Shown here in pieces: positions 10,431 to 21,530 of a DNA stretch of 64,000 nt (position 1 is its first letter; every line of letters starts with the position of its first letter). The translations under genes were made by a program, and so were the position numbers. The notes beneath the pieces are model-generated. The model saw only the letters and a list, made by a program, of their open reading frames with translations, made no database searches and was not told the DNA's origin. Origin of the DNA: a bacterium. Lineage in GTDB: Bacteria > Hinthialibacterota > Hinthialibacteria > Hinthialibacterales > Hinthialibacteraceae. The DNA is taken from contig JBHGBC010000004.1 in NCBI GenBank assembly GCA_041946805.1, forward strand, positions 32,001 through 96,000, read 5' to 3'.

Positions 10431-11053
10431 TTCCCTTCATCGTCTTTCTCTCCGGCGCGGTGGTCATGTCCTTTGAGATGTTGGGCAGTAAAATCCTGGC
10501 GCCTCATTTCGGCAACACGATCTTCGTGTGGGGCAGCTTGATCGGCATCTTCCTCAGCGGCTTGACCGTGGGGTATTGGGGCGGCGGACGATTGGCGGAC
10601 CACACCGCCGATTTGCGCTGTTTTTCCGCCTTGCTGGCCATCCCCGGCGTGATCCTGTGCTGCTTTCCGTTGTATTGTGATCCGGTCAACTACTGGATCT
10701 TCGACCAGGCCTTCGGTCCCCGGATGGAGCCGCTGCTCGCCTGCCTGATCCTGTTCTTTCCCCCCACCATTTTCATGGGCGCGGTCAGCCCCTACGCGGT
10801 CAAGCTGCAGGTCAAGAATCTGGACTGGCTGGGCACCGGAGTGGGGAACCTGTACGCCCTCTCCTCGCTGGGCAGCATCGTCGGCACGCTGTTCACTTCC
10901 TTCTATCTGGTCACCTGGTTCGGCGTGCGCATGATCATCTTGATTGAAGGAATCATACTCCTGGCCGCCGCCGCGGCGCTTTGGCTGGCGCACGCGCGAG
11001 GACATGCCTCATGTCCATCCGAGGGAGGAACGCCGGAGGCGCCGGGGGAATGA
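10427..11053 (+). CDS. membrane domain of the fused MFS/spermidine synthase family (stand-alone)
   Basis: FLSGAVVMSFEMLGSKILAPHFGNTIFVWGSLIG..GYWGGGRLAD..GNLYALSSLGSIVGT; ~6 TM. Confidence 0.85.
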   Translation: MIPFIVFLSGAVVMSFEMLGSKILAPHFGNTIFVWGSLIGIFLSGLTVGYWGGGRLADHTADLRCFSALLAIPGVILCCFPLYCDPVNYWIFDQAFGPRMEPLLACLILFFPPTIFMGAVSPYAVKLQVKNLDWLGTGVGNLYALSSLGSIVGTLFTSFYLVTWFGVRMIILIEGIILLAAAAALWLAHARGHASCPSEGGTPEAPGE

Positions 11054-11455
11054 GCGTTGGACATATTGACCAAGGACTGCAGCGCTACATACGCAGATTC
11101 CGGTTATTCCCCCAGGGTTAAAACCCTGGGCTATTTTAAACGTGCCCTTCCCTTCAGCCCTGCCCCTAATTCGTATCGGGCGGACACCTAGGTCCGCCCC
11201 TGCATAAATTCCCTCACCTTGGCCCGATCGCGGGGGGAGAGGGGAATGAATGACATCGCGTTTCGATGGCAGGGGTGCATCTCGGCAACAAGGGCACGTT
11301 TTGGTAACAGAGGCACGTGGCCACGTGCCCCTACGTTGGATCGTTCCTATCCAACGCCAAAACCTGAAAGACTTTCCCCTGTGTTTATTGCGGTTATAAT
11401 CTTTTTTTACCCCTGAAACGCGCCGATCGATTGCAAAGACACGAGGAATAATCCG

Positions 11456-12865
11456 ATGGCCCAAAACATCTACGAAAAAATCTGGGACGCCCATGTGGTG
11501 CATGAAGAGCCCGGGAAAGACGCCATTCTCTATATCGATTGCCACCTCATCCATGAAGTGACTTCCCCCCAAGCGTTCGAGGGCCTGCGGCTGGCGGGGC
11601 GCGCCGTACGCCGGCCGGACCGGACCTTCGCCACCATGGACCACAATATCCCCACCACCGGCCGCGAATTGCCCATCCGCGATCCCATGTCCAAGCAGCA
11701 GGTGGAAACCCTCCAGCGCAATTGCGAGGAGAACGGCATCCCCTGCTTCGACATGCGCGATTCCCGCAACGGCATCGTCCACGTGATCGGTCCCGAGCTG
11801 GGCCTCACCCGGCCGGGCATGACCATTGTCTGCGGCGATTCGCACACTTCCACCCACGGCGCGTTCGGGGCGCTGGCGTTCGGCATCGGCACCAGCGAGG
11901 TGGAGCACGTGCTGGCCACCCAGACGCTTTTGCAGAAGAAATCCAAAACCATGGAAGCCCGGATCAACGGCCGGCTCCCCCAGGGCATCACCGCCAAGGA
12001 CATCATCCTGGCGTTCATCGGCAAAATCGGGACCGCGGGCGGCACCGGGTATGTCATCGAATACACCGGCGAGGCCATCCGCGGCTTGAGCATGGAAGGG
12101 CGTATGACGGTCTGCAACATGACCATCGAGGCGGGGGCGCGCGCCGGGCTGATTTCCCCTGACGAGAAGACCTTTGCCTTCCTCAAAGGACGGCCGTACC
12201 TCCCCAATGGCCGGCCGTGGGACAAACTGGTCGAAGAATGGCGCTCCTGGGCCTCCGATCCCGGATGCCGCTACGACCGGCTGGTGGAATTGAACGCGGA
12301 AGATATCGAACCGCAGGTCACCTGGGGCACTTCGCCGGGCATGGTCACCGGGATCAACGGAACCACGCCGGGATTGGCCCAAATCGCCGACGGCAACACC
12401 CGCCTCGCCGCGCAGCGCGCCCTGGAGTACATGGGCCTGGACGAAGGCGCGCCCATCCGGGAGATCGCGCCGGACAAGATCTTCATCGGATCCTGCACCA
12501 ACGGGCGCATCGAGGATCTACGCGAGGCCGCGCGCGTCGCGAAGGGCTACAAGGTCCATTCCGGGATCAAGCAGGCGCTGGTGGTTCCCGGGTCGCAGCA
12601 GGTCAAAAAACAGGCGGAAGAAGAGGGACTGGACCGGATTTTCAAGGACGCGGGCTTTGAATGGCGCGAATCAGGCTGCTCGATGTGCCTGGCCATGAAC
12701 GACGACGTGCTCAGCCCCGGCGAGCGCTGCGCCGCGACCTCCAACCGCAATTTCGAGGGACGGCAGGGCAAGGGCGGCCGCACGCACCTGGTCAGCCCGG
12801 CCATGGCCGCCGCCGCCGCCATCACCGGACGGTTCACCGACATCCGCCATTGGGAGTACAAATGA
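11456..12865 (+). CDS. leuC: 3-isopropylmalate dehydratase large subunit
   Basis: [53 protein letters not shown]. Confidence 0.99.
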   Translation: MAQNIYEKIWDAHVVHEEPGKDAILYIDCHLIHEVTSPQAFEGLRLAGRAVRRPDRTFATMDHNIPTTGRELPIRDPMSKQQVETLQRNCEENGIPCFDMRDSRNGIVHVIGPELGLTRPGMTIVCGDSHTSTHGAFGALAFGIGTSEVEHVLATQTLLQKKSKTMEARINGRLPQGITAKDIILAFIGKIGTAGGTGYVIEYTGEAIRGLSMEGRMTVCNMTIEAGARAGLISPDEKTFAFLKGRPYLPNGRPWDKLVEEWRSWASDPGCRYDRLVELNAEDIEPQVTWGTSPGMVTGINGTTPGLAQIADGNTRLAAQRALEYMGLDEGAPIREIAPDKIFIGSCTNGRIEDLREAARVAKGYKVHSGIKQALVVPGSQQVKKQAEEEGLDRIFKDAGFEWRESGCSMCLAMNDDVLSPGERCAATSNRNFEGRQGKGGRTHLVSPAMAAAAAITGRFTDIRHWEYK

Positions 12866-13461
12866 TGCAACCCTTCACCACGCACACTGGAATCGTCGCC
12901 CCCCTAGATGCCCTGAACGTGGACACGGACCAGATCATCCCCAAGCAGTTCCTGAAGCGCATCGAGCGGACCGGATACGAGGATTTTCTGTTCTTCGACT
13001 GGCGTTATCTGGCCGACGGGAAGACGCCTAATCCGGAATTCGAGATGAACGCCCCGCGCTACCGGGGCGCGAGCATCCTGCTGACCAAGGACAACTTCGG
13101 CTGCGGCTCCTCGCGCGAGCACGCCCCCTGGGCGCTGCACGATTACGGCATCCGCTGCATCCTGGCCAAGAGCTACGCGGATATTTTCTTCAACAACTGC
13201 TTCAACAACGGCATGCTGCCCCTCGTGCTGCCCTCCGAGACGATCGAAGCGTTATTCCAAGAAGTGCGGGCGCGGGAGGGGTATCAGTTGACCATCGATC
13301 TGCCCAACCAGAAGATCATCAAGCCCGATGGCGGCGCAATCGAGTTCAACATCGATCCCTTCAAGAAACATTGCCTGCTGAACGGCCTCGACCAGATCGG
13401 CCTGACCCTGGTGCACGAAGACCAAATCACCGCGTACGAGAAAAAGCGGGGGATCATTTAA
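12862..13461 (+). CDS. leuD: 3-isopropylmalate dehydratase small subunit
   Basis: [36 protein letters not shown]; overlaps leuC stop. Confidence 0.99.
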   Translation: MMQPFTTHTGIVAPLDALNVDTDQIIPKQFLKRIERTGYEDFLFFDWRYLADGKTPNPEFEMNAPRYRGASILLTKDNFGCGSSREHAPWALHDYGIRCILAKSYADIFFNNCFNNGMLPLVLPSETIEALFQEVRAREGYQLTIDLPNQKIIKPDGGAIEFNIDPFKKHCLLNGLDQIGLTLVHEDQITAYEKKRGII

Positions 13462-13506
13462 GCATTTGACAATTTCAAGAATCACCCGAAGCCGTGATAT
13501 CATGGG

Positions 13507-13538
13507 AACGTCCGGTTCACCCCGGACGTTTCTTTATT
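13507..13538 (+). terminator. probable intrinsic terminator of leuCD
   Basis: aacgtccgg/ccggacgtt stem followed by T-rich tract. Confidence 0.6.
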
Positions 13539-13900
13539 GTAACGCTTTGCCCAATCGCAGTACTTTCTCAGTGTTTTATTCGCAATATGGGCATAGAGGG
13601 GGCCGCGAAACGATTCCCTCTCCCTCTGGGAGAGGGCAAGGGTGAGGGTATTTTTTATTGGGGCCGGCCTGGGTGTCTGCCCTCATCCCGGAGTGAATGG
13701 AATCGATTCGACCTCATTGGGAAAACACTTTCCGGATGATCCATACCCAATGAATCCTTCTGTTCCAGCCCTATCATATGCCCTATCCCGCTTCCATATC
13801 CCTACGGTAGGATGGAGGGGGACGGTGGCGCCCTCCGCACCTCCGGCCGGGTTTCGACCACGCGGGCGCGGGTATTCCAATCGGTAACGGAGCGAGTCAC

Positions 13901-14938
13901 ATGAACACGAAATCCAACCTGCCGCGACGGAATTTCTTGAAGTCCACCAGCCTGGGCGTATCCCTCGGGGCCCTGGCGTCAGCCTCTGCCAGCTCCACGG
14001 CGGCGGAATCCAGTTCGGCCGGGCCGCGGCGGGAAGTCTGGATCGCCACACTGGCCATGGACCATTACGAGGCGAAAACCTCCGAGGAACTGTGCGGCCA
14101 TGTCCTGAATCGCATGCGGGAGACGCTGGCGTGCCATCCGGATTTGATCTGCCTGCCGGAAACGTTTCCCTATCACCGGGTGGCGGAGGAGAAATCCACC
14201 GCCGAGCAGGCGGAGAGCCTGGACGGTCCCATCGTGAAGCGGTTCGCCGATTTCGCCCGCGAGAATCACTGCTGGGTGATCTGCCCCCTGCTGACGAAGG
14301 AAGAGGGGCGGATTTACAACTCCGCCGTGGTGATCAATCGGATGGGAGAAGTTGTGGGAGCTTACCACAAGATCCATCCCACGGTGGACGAGATCGACAG
14401 CGGGGTAACGCCCGGGTCCGTGGCTCCGCCGGTGTTCCAGACGGATTTCGGCGTGATCGGCATCCAGATCTGCTTCGACGTCAACTGGCCGGAAGGCTGG
14501 CGGAAATTGCGAAAGGGGGGGGTGGAAATCATCTTCTGGCCGAGCGCGTTTCCCGGCGGGCGGATGCTGAACGCCATGGCCTGGATCAACAAGACCTGCA
14601 TCGTCACCAGCACGCTGCCGGGGCCGTCGCGGATCATCGATATCACCGGCGACGAAATCGGAACCAGCGGGCGGTTCGAATCCTGGGTGTGCTGCCCGGT
14701 GAACCTGGAGAAGGCGTTCATCCACATTTGGCCCTATTTGAAGGAAATCGACGGCTTGCGGGAAAAGTACGGCCAGGCGGTGCGGGTGACCAAAATGCAC
14801 CAAGAGGATTGGGCCATCATCGAAAGCGTTTCGCCCGATGTGCCGCTGCTGGACGCGCTGCGGGAATTCAACATCCCCCTGCACGAGGAGCACATCCGGC
14901 GGGCTGACGAAAAACAGGAAAAATACAGGCCGGCGTGA
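13901..14938 (+). CDS. Tat-exported carbon-nitrogen hydrolase (nitrilase superfamily)
   Basis: RRNFLK twin-arginine signal; E-K-C triad in LPET, YHKIHP, ICFD. Confidence 0.9.
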   Translation: MNTKSNLPRRNFLKSTSLGVSLGALASASASSTAAESSSAGPRREVWIATLAMDHYEAKTSEELCGHVLNRMRETLACHPDLICLPETFPYHRVAEEKSTAEQAESLDGPIVKRFADFARENHCWVICPLLTKEEGRIYNSAVVINRMGEVVGAYHKIHPTVDEIDSGVTPGSVAPPVFQTDFGVIGIQICFDVNWPEGWRKLRKGGVEIIFWPSAFPGGRMLNAMAWINKTCIVTSTLPGPSRIIDITGDEIGTSGRFESWVCCPVNLEKAFIHIWPYLKEIDGLREKYGQAVRVTKMHQEDWAIIESVSPDVPLLDALREFNIPLHEEHIRRADEKQEKYRPA

Positions 14939-15305
14939 AGCGAAAAGGCAGGATCCATTTCGCTGGACTCCATCCGCCCTGTCCGGCTGATCCGCTGCCA
15001 ATCCGTCTACGTGTTTGTCCAAAAATATCAGGCGTTTCCCCCTTTTTCTCGGGGCTGATCTTTACCCACAAGTCGTATCAGGAGGTCATCCCCGCGAAAG
15101 CGGGGATCCAGGGAGGGCGAGGCTCCTGCCGAGCCGCTTATTTTCGATAGGCCCCACTTTTTCCACGGCTCACCCGAAATGTCGCCCTCCCCGATCAGGA
15201 CTTTGGGGCAAAATTCAGCCCTCAGATAAAGGGCTTGGGTGAGGGGAAGCCTTTCACCCTGCCTCCACCGTTCTGACGGGGCAGATTCCCTTGCTAATCA
15301 ATGGA

Positions 15306-15599
15306 TCACGGCAAGGATTGGGCGATTTCCCGGAACTCCTCCTCGTTGAAAGCTCGGAGCGTTTCCGAGGAGACATTGCCCTGGGAAGCCAAGGTCAGGG
15401 CGAGCTTCGCCTCGGTTTTATCATCCGGCAGTTCGCTGATCACCACCAGGTCATAACGCCCCATGGTCAGGTAAAAGCCCAACATTTTCCCCCCGGCGGC
15501 TTCGAGGGCTTTCTTGGCCGCGTCCAACCGGGCCGGGCCGTCCTTGATATTCCCCACGCCTTTGGGAGTATACCGGTACAACGTGATGTAGGTGGGCAT
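15306..15599 (-). CDS. GYD-domain protein
   Basis: MPTYITLYRYT..G..FYLTMGRYDLVVI..GNVSSETLRAF; GGAGG RBS. Confidence 0.9.
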   Translation of the reverse strand: MPTYITLYRYTPKGVGNIKDGPARLDAAKKALEAAGGKMLGFYLTMGRYDLVVISELPDDKTEAKLALTLASQGNVSSETLRAFNEEEFREIAQSLP

Positions 15600-16038
15600 C
15601 TCACTACCTCCGGTTTGGAAGAGGGGATTCCTCTTCGAACAATGAGAATCGCCGATGATGCTTCAACTGGATGGGGGAACCAACAAGTATCCGATTGAGA
15701 TGGAAAGGCGGGTATAAAAAACCAGCGACAAGATAGTTAGGTATGTTGGTCTATATGATCATCTATACAATCGATTCACATGTCAAGAGAATGATCCAAG
15801 AACGGGTCAGCCGGGCAAAAACTTGCATGGGCGGCCGGCATGGTTATGCCATGCTCAATCCGCCCCGCAATAGGATTTGAGAATCTTCCGAAGGTACATT
15901 GATTTTTCCCATCGATTTTCTTGACAACGTCCGTTCTCCAGCCTGACAATGGCCCCTCAGGAACCATCAACCTCCAGGATGATTCCGGCCCGACCATACT
16001 AGTGTTCCCCATCCTAACCCCACGAAAGGACCCTCCCG

Positions 16039-17511
16039 ATGCCTGGCCTATCCTCTCTCCGTTATTTGATTCTGTCCGCGGGGCGAATGGGCTCGATGAT
16101 CGCCCTTGTTTCCCTGTGCCTGAGACCATTCCCGGCCTTCACGGAAACGGCGGGCGTGGATGAATTTCTGCTGGGAACCGCAAAAGCGGAAATCACACCG
16201 CCCACGGGGTACCGGATGGCGGGGGGATTTTCGGAAGTGATCAGCACGGGCGTGAACGATCCCTTGTACGCCAAGGCCATGGCCTGGAAGCAGGGGAACA
16301 CCCAGGCGGTGATCGTGGTCTGCGACGTTTGCAGCGTCCCGCGGATGTACACCGATCCCATCCGCCGGCGGATCAGCGCGGATACGGGCACGCCGGTCTC
16401 CAACATCGCCGTCCTGGCCACGCACACGCACGGGGGGCCGGAGTATTACGGCGTGCTGCGGGACGCCCTGCACCGGCTCGCCGCCGAGAAAGAGGGAACC
16501 GATCCGCGGGAGACGATCGACTTCCCCGCTCTGTTCATGGACCAATGCGTGGCCGCGGCGGGGGAAGCCTACCGCCATCTGCGGCCGGTCCGGATCGCGA
16601 CCGGTTCGACCACCCTGCCCGGCATCGCCCAAAACCGGCGCTATCACATGAAGGACGGATCGGTGCGGTTCAATCCCGGCAAGCAGAATCCGGATATCGT
16701 CAAATCCGCCGGGCCGGTGGACGAGGAAGTCCCGATCCTCTTCTTCCGCGACGCCGAAGAGAACCGCCCGGTGGCGTCGTTGGTGATGTTCGCGATGCAC
16801 GTGGCTTCGTTTTACAACGGACAATTCGGCGCCGACTATCCGGGCGTCCTGCAAACCATCTTGCGGGAACAAGTGGGTCCGGATTTCTTTTCCGTCTTCA
16901 CCCAAGGCACGGCCGGCGATGTCAACCATTTCAATGTGACGGTCCCCACGCCCGATCCCAGCCCGGAAGCCATCGGCCAAGCCCTCGCCGGGGTGGTGAT
17001 GAAAGCCCTGCCTGGACTCAAGCCGGCGGCCGCGCCATCGTTGGCCGTACGGTCCATCCGGATCCCCGTACCCATGCAGGAATTCACGGACGAGGACGTG
17101 GCGCGGGCGGAGGACATTATTCATTACCGGATCACTCCCACGCCCGATTTCTACGTCAGCGTCCATGCCTGGAAAATCCTGAACACCCGGAACCTGGCCG
17201 CGCGGGATGGGGCCAACCTTCAAATGGAAGTCCAGGGATTCCGGCTGGACGGCGATACAGCGGTCGTGACTTTGCCGCACGAGGTTTTCGTGGAGTTGGG
17301 CCTGGCGATCAAAAAACAATCGCCTTTCGTCCGGACGCTGGTAGCCTCCATGGCCAACGACCTGGATTTCTACGTGCCGACACGCAAGGCGTTCGCCGAA
17401 GGCAGTTACGAGGTGGACACCAGCTCGATCAAACCGGGCGGGGGAGAATTGTTGGTGGCGGGCGCGCTCCAGCTGCTGAACGGATTGAAAGCGGCGCCGG
17501 GAGGAGAATAA
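16039..17511 (+). CDS. exported neutral/alkaline ceramidase-like hydrolase
   Basis: EITPP, DPLYAKA, ATHTHGGP, NRR, FAMH, GADYPG, QGTAGDVN, LPHEVFVE, GSYE; N-terminal hydrophobic segment; start uncertain. Confidence 0.8.
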   Translation: MPGLSSLRYLILSAGRMGSMIALVSLCLRPFPAFTETAGVDEFLLGTAKAEITPPTGYRMAGGFSEVISTGVNDPLYAKAMAWKQGNTQAVIVVCDVCSVPRMYTDPIRRRISADTGTPVSNIAVLATHTHGGPEYYGVLRDALHRLAAEKEGTDPRETIDFPALFMDQCVAAAGEAYRHLRPVRIATGSTTLPGIAQNRRYHMKDGSVRFNPGKQNPDIVKSAGPVDEEVPILFFRDAEENRPVASLVMFAMHVASFYNGQFGADYPGVLQTILREQVGPDFFSVFTQGTAGDVNHFNVTVPTPDPSPEAIGQALAGVVMKALPGLKPAAAPSLAVRSIRIPVPMQEFTDEDVARAEDIIHYRITPTPDFYVSVHAWKILNTRNLAARDGANLQMEVQGFRLDGDTAVVTLPHEVFVELGLAIKKQSPFVRTLVASMANDLDFYVPTRKAFAEGSYEVDTSSIKPGGGELLVAGALQLLNGLKAAPGGE

Positions 17512-18132
17512 GGCATGGCCGGGAGGCCAGGCCGAGGAGGGGATCGATGTCATTCGATTCAATGTCATTAGATGTAGGAACACGTGGCAACGTGCCCTTA
17601 CAATCCAATCCTCACCCAACGGGAACGGAGACGAGAAGGCCCACGGGCGTCCTGCCCGTGTATCGGTCCACCATGGCCGGGAAGGCCATGCCGCGCCAGG
17701 ATTTTCCTCCCCCTGGCCCACTCCCGAATAAAGAAAAACCCCGAAAGGTCAATCGTATGCCTTCCGAGAGAACAATCTTTGCACGTACAATAGGGGTTCA
17801 ATCCTTGGAACCAGGAACGGGATTCTGGGAGTGCGCGCATCACCCAGCCGGAACTGAAATACCTTGGGATAATCACCGAATGGATAGGATCGAAGTCGAC
17901 AACGGGACACGCCATCTGGACAAACACGTCAATCCGTCCGTACCGGCGATTGTCCATTATTCCTATTCATTCCACTATCGATCGCAATCATGAAAATCCG
18001 CATTCCATCCAGGGAATGGCGGGCGGGCAGGCGGTATCCTCTGTCCCCGCGATGTTCATGAACCGGTCCCACCTGAAATGAAAGGGCAAAAATGCCGGGA
18101 AACCGGATATTAACAAAGGAGGAACAGGGATT

Positions 18133-20307
18133 ATGGATTTGTTGAGGATGGCTCCCCAAGTTTTCTTCACCCAGACCGCGGGCCAGGAGGCCGCCGTGAC
18201 CTCGACGGCGGTCGAGGCCAAGTTCATGTGGATCGTACCGGTCGCGATCGCCGCCGCCGTGGCGTTCGCGATTTACCTGGCGTGGGACGTCATGCGCCGT
18301 GACAAGGGAACGGCGGCCATGCAGAACGTGGCCGGCATGATCTACGAGGGCGCGGTGGCGTTTCTCAAGCGGCAGTACGGAACGATCGGGCTGTTGACCG
18401 TGGTGGCGGGCATCGGCATGGGATTGCTGCTGGGCGTCCTGGAAAGCGCCACGCTGGGCTGGCACACCATGCTGGCGTTCTGGGTCGGGGCCCTGTGCTC
18501 GGCCCTGGCGGGAATCATCGGCATGTACGTAGCCGTCCAGGCCAACGTGCGGACCGCGTCGGCCGCGCAGCGCAGCATCAAGGAAGCGATCAACGTCGCC
18601 CTGCGGGGCGGGGCGGTCTCCGGCTTCCTGGTGGTGGCTTTGAGCCTGCTCGGTGTGTATGGCATCTTTTGGGCGTTCGGCGGCATGACCAAGGAAGGGA
18701 TCAGCGAAGCCCCCTTCATGATCGTGGGATTCGGTTTCGGGGCCAGTTTCGTGGCGCTCTTCGCCCAGCTGGGCGGTGGAATCTACACGAAGGCCGCGGA
18801 CGTGGGGGCGGATCTGGTGGGCAAGGTGGAAGCGGGGATTCCCGAAGACGATCCGCGCAATCCGGCGGTCATCGCCGACCTGGTGGGTGACAACGTGGGC
18901 GACTGCGCGGGCCGTGGCGCGGATCTGTTCGAATCGACCGCGGCCGAGAACATCGGAGCGATGATCCTCGGCGTGGCGATTTATCAGAAGACCAACGATC
19001 CCTCATGGATCTTCTTTCCCCTGGTGGTGCGCGCCCTCGGGCTGTTCGCCTCGATGGGCGGCATCATCACCGTCGGCTTGAGTCCGGTGCATGATCCCAT
19101 GGCGACCCTGAACCGCGGGTATTGGGTCATGACCGCGCTGGCCGGCCTGGGTATTGTCGTAATCACGAAAGCCATGCTGGGCAGTTGGTGGCTGGTCGCC
19201 GCCGGACTGATCGGCCTGGCCACGAGCGTGGCGTTTGTGTACATCACGCAATATTACACCGCGGGGACCTGGCGTCCGGTGCAGGAAATCGCGCGCGCGT
19301 CCAAAACGGGTCCGGCGACAAACATCATCTCCGGATTCGCGGTCGGATTGGAAACCACGGCGATCACGGCCATTTGCATTTCGATCGCCCTGGGCTCGGC
19401 CTATTTCTGCGGAACGCAATACGATCCGGTATCGGGCGGATTATTCGGCACCGCCGTGGCGACCATGGGGATGCTGACGGTGGTCGCGTACATCCTGGCC
19501 ATGGACACCTTCGGGCCGATCACGGACAATGCCGGCGGCATCGTGGAAATGTCCAAGGCTCCCGAAGAGACACGGAAAATCACCGACGCGCTGGATGCGG
19601 TGGGCAACACCACCAAGGCCTTGACCAAGGGGTATGCCGTGGGTTCGGCGGCCCTGGCGGCGTTTCTGCTGTTCAGCGCCTACCTGGACAAGGTGAAGGA
19701 AGTCAAGAAGATCCCCCTCACCGAATTGCTCCCGGTGGACCTGTCGAAGGTCGATGTCTTCATCGGCGGCTTTTTGGGCGCCATGCTGGTGTTCCTCTTC
19801 TCGTCGCTGGCCATCCGCGCGGTCGGCCGGGCGGCGGGCTCGATCATCGAAGAGGTCCGCTCCCAGTTCCGCAGTGATCCGGGCATCATGGCCGGGACCT
19901 CCAAGCCCAATTTCGCCAGCTGCGTGGACATCACGGCCCGCTCGGCGCTGCGGGAGATGATCGCTCCCGGCCTGCTGGTGGTCTTGGGACCGGTGCTGGT
20001 CGGCATCCTGTTGGGGTACGAGGCCGAAGCCGCCCTCCTGATGGTGGGCACGATCGCCGGCATCCTGATGGCGACGGTGTTGAACAACGGCGGCGGCGCG
20101 TGGGACAACGCCAAGAAATTCATCGAAGCCGGCTTTATGAAAGATGAGAACGGCAACGTTCTGGGCAAAGGTTCCGACGTGCACAAGGCGGCCGTCGTGG
20201 GCGACACGGTGGGCGATCCCTTCAAGGACACGGCGGGCCCGTCGCTGCACGTGTTGATCAAGCTGCTCTCGACGATCACGCTGGTGCTCGCCCCGCTGTT
20301 TATTTAA
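18133..20307 (+). CDS. hppA: membrane H+-translocating pyrophosphatase, K+-independent type
   Basis: GGGIYTKAADVGADLVGKVE, DNVGD, GPITDNAGG, GNTTKA (Lys signature of K+-independent enzymes), GDTVGDPFKDTAGP. Confidence 0.96.
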   Translation: MDLLRMAPQVFFTQTAGQEAAVTSTAVEAKFMWIVPVAIAAAVAFAIYLAWDVMRRDKGTAAMQNVAGMIYEGAVAFLKRQYGTIGLLTVVAGIGMGLLLGVLESATLGWHTMLAFWVGALCSALAGIIGMYVAVQANVRTASAAQRSIKEAINVALRGGAVSGFLVVALSLLGVYGIFWAFGGMTKEGISEAPFMIVGFGFGASFVALFAQLGGGIYTKAADVGADLVGKVEAGIPEDDPRNPAVIADLVGDNVGDCAGRGADLFESTAAENIGAMILGVAIYQKTNDPSWIFFPLVVRALGLFASMGGIITVGLSPVHDPMATLNRGYWVMTALAGLGIVVITKAMLGSWWLVAAGLIGLATSVAFVYITQYYTAGTWRPVQEIARASKTGPATNIISGFAVGLETTAITAICISIALGSAYFCGTQYDPVSGGLFGTAVATMGMLTVVAYILAMDTFGPITDNAGGIVEMSKAPEETRKITDALDAVGNTTKALTKGYAVGSAALAAFLLFSAYLDKVKEVKKIPLTELLPVDLSKVDVFIGGFLGAMLVFLFSSLAIRAVGRAAGSIIEEVRSQFRSDPGIMAGTSKPNFASCVDITARSALREMIAPGLLVVLGPVLVGILLGYEAEAALLMVGTIAGILMATVLNNGGGAWDNAKKFIEAGFMKDENGNVLGKGSDVHKAAVVGDTVGDPFKDTAGPSLHVLIKLLSTITLVLAPLFI

Positions 20308-20334
20308 TCCATTCACTTCCGTTCGCGGTACCGG

Positions 20335-20366
20335 CCGGCGCTGGCGAGGAGCCAGCGCCGGTTTTT
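20335..20366 (+). terminator. intrinsic terminator of hppA
   Basis: 11-bp stem ccggcgctggc/gccagcgccgg followed by T5. Confidence 0.85.
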
Positions 20367-20578
20367 ATTGTGATTGTGCCAGGATTATGTAAAGACGAGA
20401 CGGCCGCGCCGCAAATTTATATTTCTCCATTATCATGGAGATAACCTCCAGGAAAGAGATCTACCTGGGAAGATTAGGCAACTGTCATGTCTTTCTCAAT
20501 CTGGAACCAACCGGATTTGATTGTATGATTGGAAACATTGTTACGGTTAACCGTTCATCTCTGAAAGGAAAGCGAACG

Positions 20579-21160
20579 ATGCTCCAAGATTACAGGGGAT
20601 TTACATTGATCGAGTTGTTGATCGTGGTCGCGATTATCGGCATTTTGGCGGCCATCGCCGTTCCGAATTTTCTGAACGCCCAAACGCGGGCCAAGATCAG
20701 CCGCGTGCATTCGGATCTGAAAGCCCTCGGCACTGCGATCGAAATGTACGGACTCGATCACAACACGTACCCGGGGGGAGAAAAGCTGTGGGCGTCCGGG
20801 ACCAAATGGTGGCAAAAGCACACCTACCGGTATCACGTGCTGACCACGCCGGTCGCGTATATGACCTCGATCCCCATCGATCCGTTCCAAACCCATGAAC
20901 CCCAGCGCATCCGGGCGGACTTGGGCACGATTTGGGATGGCGGATACGTCTATGATGAAGACAAGCGGCCGGACGGCGGCCATATCACGATGATGCTATA
21001 CGGCCCGGGATTCAAATACGCCGCGCGCAGCCCGGGACCGGCCTTGAACTGGGCCACGGAAATCTCTCATGGCAACCGGATTGTCATGTATGCCTCGTCC
21101 AACGGCCTGATCAGCAATGGCATTCTGGCCGTCCTGGGACCGGGTGGGACGGTGTTTTGA
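20579..21160 (+). CDS. prepilin-type N-terminal cleavage/methylation protein (GspG/type IV pilin-like)
   Basis: RG|FTLIELLIVVAIIGILAAIAVPNF class III signal; AIEMY..D..TYP; LTTPVAYM..DPF. Confidence 0.92.
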   Translation: MLQDYRGFTLIELLIVVAIIGILAAIAVPNFLNAQTRAKISRVHSDLKALGTAIEMYGLDHNTYPGGEKLWASGTKWWQKHTYRYHVLTTPVAYMTSIPIDPFQTHEPQRIRADLGTIWDGGYVYDEDKRPDGGHITMMLYGPGFKYAARSPGPALNWATEISHGNRIVMYASSNGLISNGILAVLGPGGTVF

Positions 21161-21530
21161 TTTCACCGCCGAGATGCGGAGGGCGCGGAGATTTCTCGGT
21201 TAGAATGGCCAGGAATGGAATGATGGTACTAATAAAATCGGTTGGATGAACGGATGACACGGATGAAGAACCTATTGAGCTGACGGATTATGTCTGGATT
21301 TGATGAATAAAGTACCCATATGGAAAGTAGGGGCACGGTGCAACGTGCCCCTACAAATTTGCGCGAAAAGTTCGGCTTCAAATCGGTGGAGTTTCATGAA
21401 GGTATAGTATTGCTCTCACCCTGGTCCTCTCCCAAAGGGAGAGGGAATGCAGAAGAGAGGGTTATCGTTTGGGGGCTACTCTGCACGTTGAGCCCACCCT
21501 GTTTTTGCTTCACAATGGGCGATCCGTACT

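Noticed and set aside
15746..15762. GntR/FadR-like operator TGGTCTATATGATCA
   Set aside because: Single imperfect palindrome with no cognate regulator nearby; insufficient support.
18084..18118. c-di-GMP-I riboswitch-like GGCAAA-stem-GAAA-stem
   Set aside because: Lacks GACGCAAAG and the second (P3) hairpin, and runs directly into the RBS.
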